DNA of 51,295 nucleotides, taken from NCBI GenBank assembly GCA_013360565.1, contig JABWBI010000002.1:1-51295 (forward strand), in the 5' to 3' direction. Below the pieces are notes generated by a model that saw only the letters and a list, made by a program, of their open reading frames with translations, was not told the origin of the DNA and ran no database searches. Positions within the stretch are counted from its first letter, which is position 1; each line of letters starts with the position of its first letter. The DNA comes from Candidatus Sumerlaeia bacterium (lineage in GTDB: Bacteria; Sumerlaeota; Sumerlaeia; JABWBI01). Both the position numbers and the translations under genes were made by a program. This document shows positions 41,860 through 51,295 of this stretch, in pieces.

Positions 41860-42162
41860 TCAGAGGAGAACGACAGGAGGGCCCCGGCTCACCGGGTGAA
41901 GCGAGGTGCCCCCCCGGGGAGACGCACAGGAAACCGGCGGCGGAACTAGGGCGCTGACCAGGATCAGGGAGAGCGAAGCCGGGACGACTTCGCCCTCAAT
42001 CGTGGCCTGGCGCAGAACGCAGAGGCCGCACTTTCCATCACCTTTGGAGGTACCATGCGAGTGCCCCGGCCCGTGCTCATGCGTGTGAGCGGCCAGGGCC
42101 ACAGGCCCCGCGAGGAGACCCAGCGCTACCAGGAGGGTGAGGAGGACGCGGAGGTTTCTCAA
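41860..42162 (-). CDS. Small secreted His-rich / CxxC protein (hypothetical)
   Basis: TTG start. The signal peptide MRNLRVLLTLLVALGLLAGPVALA is followed by AHTHEHGPGHSHGTSKGDGKCGLC and a hydrophobic stretch. G/C third-position bias is moderate, lower than in neighbouring genes, so coding status is uncertain. Confidence 0.4.
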   Translation of the reverse strand: MRNLRVLLTLLVALGLLAGPVALAAHTHEHGPGHSHGTSKGDGKCGLCVLRQATIEGEVVPASLSLILVSALVPPPVSCASPRGGTSLHPVSRGPPVVLL

Positions 42163-42287
42163 GTGGGGCTCATCTCCGTGTTCTCCTTATCGGACATCCC
42201 AGGCCAGCGCAACAGCGATCCGCCTTCATGGCCGTGGCCTCATTTCTCTCGACACCCCGCCAGGCCGCCTCGTATCAATTTGCCCCC

Positions 42288-43958
42288 ATGCCTCGGATCC
42301 GTCTCTGGACTCACGCCGACTTCACAACGCTCGACCTGGGCTGTCCACGGGCGCACGTGCTTCTCACCTGCGGTGGCACCATTCTCGCCGCCGGAGGGAC
42401 CGATCTCGCCGAGTCGTGGCGCTCCCGCGCCGACGAGACGATCGACCTCGGAGGCCGAAGCGTCATCCCCGGCCTGACCGACTCCCACATCCATCTCATC
42501 GACACGGGTCTGACGATGCGTCAGGCCGCTCTGGAGACCTGCTGCTCCCCGGCGGAGGTCATCGACCAAGTCCGGCGCACGCCGGCGTCCGATGGCGATT
42601 GGCTCGTCGGCGTGGGCTTTCAGGTCAATCGCTTCCCTCCGTCCGAGAGACCCCATCGCTCGCTGCTCGATGCCGCATTCCCGGATCGCCCTGTCCTCCT
42701 TCACTCCCGTTGTCTCCACCAGGTCTGGGTCAACACCGCTGCCCTGCGGCGAGCTGGCGTGACGGCCTCGACGCCCGACCCAGCGGGGGGCCACATCGTC
42801 CGTGACGAGAACGGCGAGCCCACGGGCGTCCTCCAGGAGGAAGCCGTGGGATTGGTGACGCGTGCCGTCCCCGAGCCGACCGGGACCGAGCTCCAGCGGG
42901 CCGCCCGGGAGGCCGCCGGGAACCTGTGGAGCCACGGTGTCGTCGCCGTCCACGCGCCCGAGCCCAGGCGATACCTCGAAGCCCTCATGGCGATGGATCG
43001 CGGAGGCGAGCTGGCGATGCGCGTGTTCTTCCTGCCGCCCTTCGGCGTCGCCGAGGAGCTGGTGGGCGCCGGGATCATCGGGGGATTCGGTCATGAGTGG
43101 CTGCGGCTCGGGGCGCTCAAGCTCTTCCTCGACGGTGCACTCGGTTCGGCGACCGCTCTCATGCACACGCCCTATGAGGACAATCCGGCGAACCGCGGGA
43201 TCGAGGTGATCCCCGCTGAGCGCTTCGCCGAGATGGTCGAGTTCGCGCACACCCACCGGTGGCGCCTGGCAGTCCACGCGATCGGAGACAAGGCGGTCGA
43301 CCGCGCGGTCGAGACCCTCGGCGCCTCGCAGCGGGCCCGGGGAGACCGCCGCGAGGACCCGGGCATCTGGGACCGCATCGAGCACTTTCAGGTGTGCTCG
43401 CCGGGCGCGGCCCAGCGTGCCGCCCAGACGCGCACGGCCGCGATGATGCAGCCGATCCATCTCTTCGACGACTGGCGCGCCGCCGGCCGGCTGTGGGGCA
43501 GCGAGCGCAGTGCGAGGGCGTACGCCTGCCGGTCGCTCCTGGACGCGGGTGTCCCTGTCTGCTTAGGCAGCGACGCCCCCGTCGCCTCGACGAATCCCTT
43601 CGAGTGCATCCACGCCGCCGTCGAGCGCACCGACCTCGCCGGCCAGCCCGCAGGAGGCTGGTATCCGTCCGAGCGCGTCTCCGTCGAGGCGGCTCTGAAC
43701 GCCTACTGCACGCAGCCCGCTGTGGTCGCCGGCGAAGGCGCGAGGCGTGGACGCCTCGCGCCGGGAATGGCCGCCGACTTCGCGGTGCTCAGTGATGACC
43801 CTTGGCGGCCCGGTCTCGACTGGCGCACTGTCCAGTGCGAGATGACCGTCGCCGGTGGCGCAGTCGTCTTCGATCGCTCGGGCCACAGGCGGGAGCACCC
43901 ACGGCTGGATTCGGCCTTCACCACTCACCCCACAGGAGTCTCTCCGTGCGCCTGCTGA
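42288..43958 (+). CDS. Metal-dependent amidohydrolase (Amidohydro_3 / TIM-barrel type)
   Basis: VIPGLTDSHIHLIDTG (HxH metal site), LAVHAIGDKAVD, IEHFQV, CLGSDAPV. The start was moved to ATG 42288. The minus ORF 42240..43460 is antisense. Confidence 0.85.
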   Translation: MPRIRLWTHADFTTLDLGCPRAHVLLTCGGTILAAGGTDLAESWRSRADETIDLGGRSVIPGLTDSHIHLIDTGLTMRQAALETCCSPAEVIDQVRRTPASDGDWLVGVGFQVNRFPPSERPHRSLLDAAFPDRPVLLHSRCLHQVWVNTAALRRAGVTASTPDPAGGHIVRDENGEPTGVLQEEAVGLVTRAVPEPTGTELQRAAREAAGNLWSHGVVAVHAPEPRRYLEALMAMDRGGELAMRVFFLPPFGVAEELVGAGIIGGFGHEWLRLGALKLFLDGALGSATALMHTPYEDNPANRGIEVIPAERFAEMVEFAHTHRWRLAVHAIGDKAVDRAVETLGASQRARGDRREDPGIWDRIEHFQVCSPGAAQRAAQTRTAAMMQPIHLFDDWRAAGRLWGSERSARAYACRSLLDAGVPVCLGSDAPVASTNPFECIHAAVERTDLAGQPAGGWYPSERVSVEAALNAYCTQPAVVAGEGARRGRLAPGMAADFAVLSDDPWRPGLDWRTVQCEMTVAGGAVVFDRSGHRREHPRLDSAFTTHPTGVSPCAC

Positions 43959-45472
43959 TTGCCCTCGCCCTCGCTCTGCCATCCCTCTCCCTGCTTCACG
44001 CCGCCCCCGTCGAGGGAGCCGGGACACCCGAGGCCCTCATCCAGGAAATCAATGACCTGCTGGAAGAGGCGGCGTTCTCCGGCGGTGTCTCAATTCTCAT
44101 CGAGCAGCGAGAGCCCGCCCGAGCGCTCTTCGAGCGGCAGGCCGACCAGCTCGTCATCCCCGCGTCGAACAACAAGCTCCACACGACCGCCGCCGCGCTC
44201 CACTTCCTGGGCCCGGACCTCACGCTGACCACCCGAGTGGTGACCAATGGCACGGTGAACGAGGCCGGAGTCCTGGAGGGGGATCTCATCGTCATCGGCT
44301 CGGGTGACCCCACGATCTCCGGCCGCTTCAACGGGGGGAACATCCTCGGCACATTTGAACAGTGGGCCACCGAACTCCAGGCCCGTGGCATCCGCGCCAT
44401 CGCGGGCCGGATCATCGGTGACGACGATCTGTTCGACGATGAGCTGATCGAGGAGACGTGGTCCCCGCGGGAACTCGGCGAGTGGTACTCCGCCGAGTCG
44501 AGCGCCCTCTCGCTCAACGACAACTGCGTGGACCTCGTCTGGACCGCGGGGCCGACCGTTGGCTCGCCCGCGAGCTGGACCGCCGACCCGGCGACTCCCT
44601 ACCTCACGATCCGCTCCGAGGTCCGGACCGTCGCCGAGGGCACCGAGACCGACCGCTACTATCGCCGCGCCGCCGACTCGAACTCGGTCCGCGTGACGGG
44701 AGGTATCCCGCTGGGGCAGACCAACACCGACTACGCCGCGGTGCACAACCCCACGCTCTTCGCCGTCACCGTGCTCCGCGATGTGCTCCAGCGGCAGGGC
44801 ATCCAGGTCAGTGGTGAGGCCGTGGACATCGATGACCTCGACAAGAGCGCCGTCCGGCAGAGCCTCACCGAGCTCACCTCCTTCACGTCGCCCCCGCTCT
44901 CGACGATTGTCGACATCGTCAATCAGCACAGCCAGAACTTCTACGCCGACATGGTGCTCAAGCTGATCGGACGCGAGGTCGAGGGCGAGGGCTCGTTTGA
45001 CGCGGGCGTGCGGGCCGTGCGCCGCCACCTGGACGAGATCGGCGCGCTGCCGCCCGGCTGGCAGATGCTCGACGGCTCGGGCCTCTCGGGCCAGAACCGG
45101 ACGACCCCCCGGTGCCTCGTCACGCTCATCCGCGCGATGATGTCGTCGCCACACAGCGAGACGTTTCTCGCTTCACTCCCCCGGGGCAGGGCGGAACGCG
45201 GCTCGCTCCGCCGCCGCTTCGGTCAAACCGCTCGCTCCCGGGCGGTCGCCGGGCAGATCCAGGGAAAGACCGGCTACATCGGCGGGGTCTACGCGCTCTC
45301 GGGGACACTCACCAACCAGGCGGGCGTCGAGATGATCTATTCGCTCGTGCTCAACCGGTACGAGTCCGAGTCGACGCCCCCTCTCCAGCTCCTCGATGCG
45401 ATCGCCGTGGCCGCCGCCGCCTCCACCTTCGAGGCAGACGCCCCTCTGCGCCCGGAGATGGCGGCTCAGTGA
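43946..45472 (+). CDS. dacB: D-alanyl-D-alanine carboxypeptidase/endopeptidase, PBP4 family (paralog 2)
   Basis: GTG 43946 follows AGGAG (43934..43938) and gives VRLLIALALALPSLSLLHA, a signal peptide. SxxK in PASNNKLHTTAAAL, SxN in DGSGLSGQN, KTG in GKTGYIGGVYALSG. It overlaps the amidohydrolase 3' end by 13 nt. Confidence 0.85.
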   Translation: MRLLIALALALPSLSLLHAAPVEGAGTPEALIQEINDLLEEAAFSGGVSILIEQREPARALFERQADQLVIPASNNKLHTTAAALHFLGPDLTLTTRVVTNGTVNEAGVLEGDLIVIGSGDPTISGRFNGGNILGTFEQWATELQARGIRAIAGRIIGDDDLFDDELIEETWSPRELGEWYSAESSALSLNDNCVDLVWTAGPTVGSPASWTADPATPYLTIRSEVRTVAEGTETDRYYRRAADSNSVRVTGGIPLGQTNTDYAAVHNPTLFAVTVLRDVLQRQGIQVSGEAVDIDDLDKSAVRQSLTELTSFTSPPLSTIVDIVNQHSQNFYADMVLKLIGREVEGEGSFDAGVRAVRRHLDEIGALPPGWQMLDGSGLSGQNRTTPRCLVTLIRAMMSSPHSETFLASLPRGRAERGSLRRRFGQTARSRAVAGQIQGKTGYIGGVYALSGTLTNQAGVEMIYSLVLNRYESESTPPLQLLDAIAVAAAASTFEADAPLRPEMAAQ

Positions 45473-47019
45473 GGCGAGTCACTGTGCTCGCGGGCGGACT
45501 GCTCGCGTTGGCCTGCGCTCATCAGCGCCCGGGGCCCATTGCAGACTCGCCGCCTCGCATCAGTGCCGCGGATGAGACCGGGCGCCACGCCGTGACACTG
45601 CGTCACCGCCCCACGCGCCCGGCGTCGCGCGTCTGTGTGGCCGGCGACTTCAACGGCTGGGATCCCGGCGAGTTGCCGATGACCGACGCAGACGCAGACG
45701 GCGTCCACGAGATCACGCTGATGCTCGAGCCTGGGCGCGTGTGCTACAAGTTCGTTCTCGACGGCGCTGAGTGGACCCACGACCCCCTGAACCCGGCGCG
45801 GGAGCCGGGAGGCTATGAGAACTCGATCCTCTACGTCGGTGTTGATCCGGCTGACTTCCCCGAGGACCGGGAGCCGCCCGCGCCGCCGCGCCCTGCCTAC
45901 TGGCTCCCAGAGCGCGAGCAGCGGGAGCCGACCCCGCGGAGCGAAGCAGGAGGCGGGTCACTCTTCCGCCTGGCCGACAACGGCTACGACTCGGTGTCCG
46001 TGTCGGGCGACTTCAACGGCTGGACGGGGCAACTCGATCAGCTCGTGTTCGACCCGGCCTCCCGGGAGTGGCGCCTCATGCTCGACCTGGAGGCGCACCC
46101 CTTCTTCCAGTACCGCTTCGTCGTCACGCGAGATGGTGGAGCGACCTCCCTCCGGGATCCTCTCAACCCCAACATCACATTCGACGGGCATCCCATCGAC
46201 TCGGTTGGGTTCCACCGGCGCGATCCCGAGTTCGCGGGTCCACGTGGTGTCGTCCAGATTGCGGCCGAGAACCTCACGGCCTCGACGAGCACCTGCGAGG
46301 CGCGGCCGATCTATGTTTGGCTGCCGCCCGGCTACGCGGATTCCCCTGGCCGGCGCTTCCCCGTCGTGTACATGCACGACGGGCAGAACGCCTTCGATGA
46401 TCCGGTCAACCCGTTTGGCCACGGCGGGTGGCACACCAATGTCACCGCGGCCGCGCTCATCGCCAGTAGCGAGATCGAGCCGTTTCTCATCGTCGCGATC
46501 CCCAACACCGGCGAGCGCATGGCGGAGTACGGCCTCGGGGAAAACGTCTTCGACGCCTCGGCGCACCCCTATGCGCGTTACCTCATCGACGACGTGATGC
46601 CGCTGATCAACCGCAGATACCGCACCTGGACAGGCCCGGAGCACACGTCTCTGATGGGCTCCTCGATGGGTGGGCTGATCTCCCTCTTCCTGGCCTATCA
46701 CCACCCCGGCCTCTTCGGCCAGGCCGCCTGTCTCAGCACGGCCTTCTCGATTCCGGACACGCGCGGGCGCCTGATCGCCGACCTCATCAGCGCCGAAGGG
46801 CATCGTCCGGTGCGCGTCTATCTCGACAGCGGAACGGGGGGACCCATGGAGGATGGCGCTCCGGGAACCCGCGCCGTGCGTGACCTGATGCTGGCCCGCG
46901 GCTGGACACTGGACCAGGACCTCGTCTGGCACGAGGAGCCCGGAGCCCCGCACAACGAGACGGCTTGGCGCGAGCGGGTCTGGCGGCCGCTGACCTTCTT
47001 GACCGGGAGACGCCCCTGA
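45469..47019 (+). CDS. Lipoprotein with two CBM48/AMPK-type glycogen-binding (E-set) modules and a C-terminal esterase D/enterochelin-esterase-type alpha/beta hydrolase
   Basis: The GTG start overlaps the PBP4 stop (GTGA). The N-terminus VRRVTVLAGGLLALAC has a lipobox. There are two CBM modules: VCVAGDFNGWDPGE...YKFVLDGAEWTHDPLNP, and VSVSGDFNGWTGQ...YRFVV...LRDPLNP. The esterase part has FPVVYMHDGQNAF and the nucleophile elbow GSSMGG. Confidence 0.8.
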   Translation: MRRVTVLAGGLLALACAHQRPGPIADSPPRISAADETGRHAVTLRHRPTRPASRVCVAGDFNGWDPGELPMTDADADGVHEITLMLEPGRVCYKFVLDGAEWTHDPLNPAREPGGYENSILYVGVDPADFPEDREPPAPPRPAYWLPEREQREPTPRSEAGGGSLFRLADNGYDSVSVSGDFNGWTGQLDQLVFDPASREWRLMLDLEAHPFFQYRFVVTRDGGATSLRDPLNPNITFDGHPIDSVGFHRRDPEFAGPRGVVQIAAENLTASTSTCEARPIYVWLPPGYADSPGRRFPVVYMHDGQNAFDDPVNPFGHGGWHTNVTAAALIASSEIEPFLIVAIPNTGERMAEYGLGENVFDASAHPYARYLIDDVMPLINRRYRTWTGPEHTSLMGSSMGGLISLFLAYHHPGLFGQAACLSTAFSIPDTRGRLIADLISAEGHRPVRVYLDSGTGGPMEDGAPGTRAVRDLMLARGWTLDQDLVWHEEPGAPHNETAWRERVWRPLTFLTGRRP

Positions 47020-48269
47020 TGTTCTGGACCCCGGAGCTCGAGCGCCCGCGCCTGCGCCCCGTCGAGGCGCGCCCCGTCCAGGTGCACGAGGAGACCATGG
47101 TCGCCCTCAGCGACCCGCTCGGACTCGCCGAGGACGGCATCGCCGTCACCCTGCCGGTCTTCTTCCTCCTCACCCAGATGAACGGCGTGAACAGCGTCGA
47201 GATCATCGCCGCAGAGTTCCAGCGCCAGTTCGGGGAGGCCATTCCCATCGAGAAGCTCCGGCAGATCATCCTCCAGCTGGATCAGGCGCGGCTCTTCGAG
47301 GGCGAGACACTGCGCCGGCACCGCGACGCGACACTCGCTGCGTACCGAGCCGCTCCCGCGCGGCCGATGGCCCACGCCGGCTCCGGCTACCCCCGGGAGG
47401 CCCAAGCATTCCTTGAGTCGATGCGGGCGCATTTCCTGTCCAAAGGTGGCCCTGGCCGGGCACCGTCGCCCGGATCGGGTCCAGCGGTGCGCGCTCTCAT
47501 TGCCCCTCACATCGACTTCGACCGCGGCGGACCGAACTACGGCTGGTCGTATCAGGCCCTGGGCGATGGCCCTCCGCCCGAGACGGTGGTCATCCTCGGG
47601 ACGGCCCACGCGCCCTGCGGCCAGCCCTTCACCCTGACGCGCGTCTCCTTCACGACGCCGCAGGGCGTCCTCCCCGTCGAGGCCGGATTCATCGACGCCG
47701 TCGCTGCGCGGGCTGGACTCGACCTGTTCGACGATGAACTGCTTCACCTGCGCGAGCACTCGGTCGAGTTCCAGGCCGCGGCGCTCCACGCCCTGTTTCC
47801 CGGTGCCGCGTCAATGCGGATCGTGCCGATTCTCTGCGGATCACTGCACGCGGAGATCGCCGCCGGAGGATTGCGGCCCGGCAGCGCGACGGACCGCGCC
47901 ATCCGCGCCCTGACGGACACCATCGCTTCCTGGCCGCGCCAGGTCACGGTCATCGCCGGTGCCGACCTCGCCCACATGGGTCCCCACTTCGGGGACGAGG
48001 CGCCGGTCGACGAGGCGGTGCTGGCCTCGCTTCACCGTCAGGACCACGAGGCCATGACCTTGGCCGCCGCGGGCAATGCGGACGGCTTCCTGAGAAGCTT
48101 CGTGCCGACACAGAACGCCCGCCGCGTCTGCTCGGTGGCGTGCATCTACACCGCGCTCCGGTGCCTTCCCGCGCTCGGCGTCTCCCGGGGACGGCTCCTC
48201 AACTACATGCAGAGCGTCCATCCGGGCGGTGAACTCGTGGTGACTCACGCGAGCGTCGTGTTCCCGTGA
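47019..48269 (+). CDS. MEMO1-family protein (AmmeMemoRadiSam system protein B homolog) with a ~110-aa N-terminal extension
   Basis: The ATG overlaps the esterase stop by 1 nt (TGATG). The MEMO core has LIAPHIDFDRGGPNYGWSY, VVILGTAH, HSVEFQ and ADLAHMGPHFGD. The extension is described in the findings. Confidence 0.8.
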   Translation: MFWTPELERPRLRPVEARPVQVHEETMVALSDPLGLAEDGIAVTLPVFFLLTQMNGVNSVEIIAAEFQRQFGEAIPIEKLRQIILQLDQARLFEGETLRRHRDATLAAYRAAPARPMAHAGSGYPREAQAFLESMRAHFLSKGGPGRAPSPGSGPAVRALIAPHIDFDRGGPNYGWSYQALGDGPPPETVVILGTAHAPCGQPFTLTRVSFTTPQGVLPVEAGFIDAVAARAGLDLFDDELLHLREHSVEFQAAALHALFPGAASMRIVPILCGSLHAEIAAGGLRPGSATDRAIRALTDTIASWPRQVTVIAGADLAHMGPHFGDEAPVDEAVLASLHRQDHEAMTLAAAGNADGFLRSFVPTQNARRVCSVACIYTALRCLPALGVSRGRLLNYMQSVHPGGELVVTHASVVFP

Positions 48270-48339
48270 CGGCCTCCCGCCGCCCCCCCCGCGCGCCGGC
48301 GGCGTCACAGCGGAGCCCCGAATCCGGTCCTGACCTCTC

Positions 48340-48666
48340 TCACTTCACCAGGCGCCAGCCCACGCCCTTCTCGTAGGTGTACTGCTTTTTCCCGCCTTCG
48401 CGGGCCTGCAGATAGGTGCGCACCTTGTGCTTCCACTCCGCCTGGACGGCCCACTTGCTCGACTGCCAGTAGTGCTTGCGCCAGGGAGTGCAGGCCGGGT
48501 CCTTCTCGATCTCGGTGTAGATCTCTTCAATGTCGATCGGCTGCTTCTCCGACACGATGCGGTGCAGCGACGCGCGCACGGCCTTGGTCCACAGGCGGAC
48601 CTGATGAGATTCCTGCTCGGCCACCGGTACGTCCTCCGGGACAATGTGGGGCGACAGCGTGCCCAA
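48340..48666 (-). CDS. Small Trp/Lys-rich hypothetical protein (possibly winged-helix-like)
   Basis: Third-position G/C bias is very strong, which supports translation. The start is TTG at 48666 or GTG at 48624, with no internal ATG. I have no confident family. The C-terminal W..KVRTYL...GVGWRL pattern is loosely reminiscent of Mrr-N/HARE-type winged helices. Confidence 0.55.
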   Translation of the reverse strand: MGTLSPHIVPEDVPVAEQESHQVRLWTKAVRASLHRIVSEKQPIDIEEIYTEIEKDPACTPWRKHYWQSSKWAVQAEWKHKVRTYLQAREGGKKQYTYEKGVGWRLVK

Positions 48667-48821
48667 AGCCGCCCTGCTCTGTCAAAGCTTCGTGGGACCA
48701 TTTTCTCCCCCCGGTCCGCAGCCCACGCCATTGGCGTTGACATTCGCGGCCCACTCGCGCAGGAGCTGGCCGGAGCCCTGTCAGCCATTGACTTGCGGGG
48801 CCGTGGATCACAGCGCACCTC

Positions 48822-49932
48822 ATGCCCCTGTCGCCTCCTCGCATCCTCCTCGCCAAGCTCGGCCTCGACGGCCATGACCGCGGCGTCAAGGTGATCGCCC
48901 GGGCTCTGCGCGATGCAGGGATGGAGGTCATCTACACCGGCCTCCGTCAGACGCCCGAGTCCGTTGCGCGCGCCGCGCTGGAGGAGGATGTGGCCGTCGT
49001 CGGAGCCAGCCTTCTCAGCGGCGCTCACATGACGCTCGTGCCTCGGCTACTCGAGGCGCTCCGGCGCCTGAACCGAAGCGATGTCGGCGTCCTTGTCGGC
49101 GGCATCATCCCGTCGCAGGATGCCCGGGCCCTCGCCGAGATTGGCGTGCGCCGCGTCCTCGGGCCGGGCACGGCACTGAGTGAGATCATCGCGGAGGTCC
49201 ACACCGCGGCCGGGGAGCGTGTCTCCTCCGTCACGGACCCCGATGCCAGCCCCGGGGCGCTGGCGCGGCGGATCACGCGCATCGATGACGGTCTCCCTCA
49301 TGGCTCCCCCACCCCCGATGCCCGCGGGGCGAGCATCGCCGTGACTGGCCCGCCCGGCGTCGGCAAGTCGACGCTGGTCGCGCATCTGGCCGTTGCGCTG
49401 CGCGCCCGCGGAGAGCGCGTGGCCATCGTCGCGGTTGACCCCGACTCGCCTGTCTCCGGAGGCGCCCTCCTCGGCGATCGGCTGAGAATGGCCCCCGCCA
49501 GCGATGATCCGGACATCTTCATCCGCAGTCTCTCGGCCCGCGGCGGTGCAGGCGGGATCTCGCGCTCGACGGGGGCGGTCGCCGCTCTCCTGCGCGCGTC
49601 GGGCTTCGACCGTGTGCTGATCGAGACCGTCGGTGCGGGCCAAGCCGACCACGCCGTCTCATCCATCGCGGATCTGACGATCCTGACGACTATGCCGGGC
49701 CTGGGCGACGGGGTCCAGTGGGAGAAGGCCGGCCTCGCCGAGGTCGCGGGCCTCTTCGTTATCAACAAGGCCGACCTCCCCGGCGTCGAGGCGACCGAGA
49801 GCGCAATCCGCGGTTCGGTCGGTCTCGGCGGTGGCGAACCGGTGATCGTCCGGACAGTCGCGGCGGAGGGCCAGGGCGTCGATGCGCTGGCGACCGAGGT
49901 GGAGCGCCTGCTCGCCGCCGGGAGACGCGGCC

Positions 49933-49940
<8 letters not shown>
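48822..49940 (+). CDS. Fusion of a methylmalonyl-CoA-mutase-type cobalamin-binding domain and a MeaB/ArgK G-protein chaperone
   Basis: N-terminal B12 domain: [19 protein letters not shown] (DxHxxG), [16 protein letters not shown]-terminal GTPase: [43 protein letters not shown]. Confidence 0.87.

Positions 49941-51295
<1,355 letters not shown>

Noticed and set aside
48278-48304. A G+C-rich inverted repeat (CGCCGCC ... GGCGGCG) between the convergent MEMO gene and the small-protein gene, as a possible bidirectional terminator.
   Set aside because: The stem is only ~7 bp with a 13-nt C/G-rich loop, and there is no U-tract on either strand. It is too weak to call.
48727-48800. Two GCCATTG...TTGAC(A/T)T..GCGG repeats upstream of the B12::MeaB gene, as possible tandem promoters.
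   Set aside because: Each contains a good -35-like TTGAC, but no acceptable -10 hexamer follows at 16-18 nt.

Overview
This is a high-G+C bacterial chromosomal segment. Third codon positions are almost all G/C, and I did not compute the G+C value. It is densely packed, with about 40 protein genes and one tRNA-Gln(CUG). I saw no rRNA, CRISPR array, transposase, integrase or phage genes. Several features fit the PVC group (Planctomycetota/Verrucomicrobiota), but that placement is inference only: GspG-like proteins with FTLIELL prepilin leaders, a dockerin-tailed beta-propeller, an ECF sigma/anti-sigma pair, a SecA longer than 1070 aa, and many 1-4 nt start/stop overlaps. Many of the longest ORFs in the supplied track are antisense shadows of the real genes, as expected at this G+C. 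Two real genes run off the window edges and are missing from the track: secA on the left (minus strand) and a methylmalonyl-CoA mutase catalytic subunit on the right (plus strand). Left to right, the window holds: secA; a patatin::ferredoxin - histidine kinase - CheY - Ogt operon; a lipoprotein and a DEAD-box helicase; two tandem glycosidase-like/discoidin/golvesin-CBM paralogs; a dehydrogenase, two tandem FprA-type reductases and an MFS transporter; tRNA-Gln; an ECF sigma - anti-sigma - pseudopilin operon; a PBP4 - phosphodiester glycosidase - isochorismatase-like - GT-C/TPR operon; a Wzx flippase with a CapK-like ligase; an orphan BtuF-like binding protein; a 1168-aa Hsp70-TPR-Ser/Thr kinase fusion; moaB, a GT9 heptosyltransferase and a CofE-like gene; a cluster of secreted proteins headed by a second pseudopilin; an amidohydrolase - PBP4 - CBM48 esterase - MEMO operon; and a B12-domain::MeaB fusion followed by the mutase. 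The most unusual items are: (1) the uninterrupted Hsp70(NBD+SBD-beta)-TPR-Hanks kinase ORF; (2) the patatin phospholipase with a C-terminal single-cluster ferredoxin domain, tightly coupled to a two-component system and Ogt; (3) a MEMO-family protein with a PqqD/RRE-like N-terminal extension and no AMMECR1 or radical-SAM partners; (4) a pseudopilin translationally coupled to an ECF sigma/anti-sigma pair. I cannot verify novelty for any of these without database searches.
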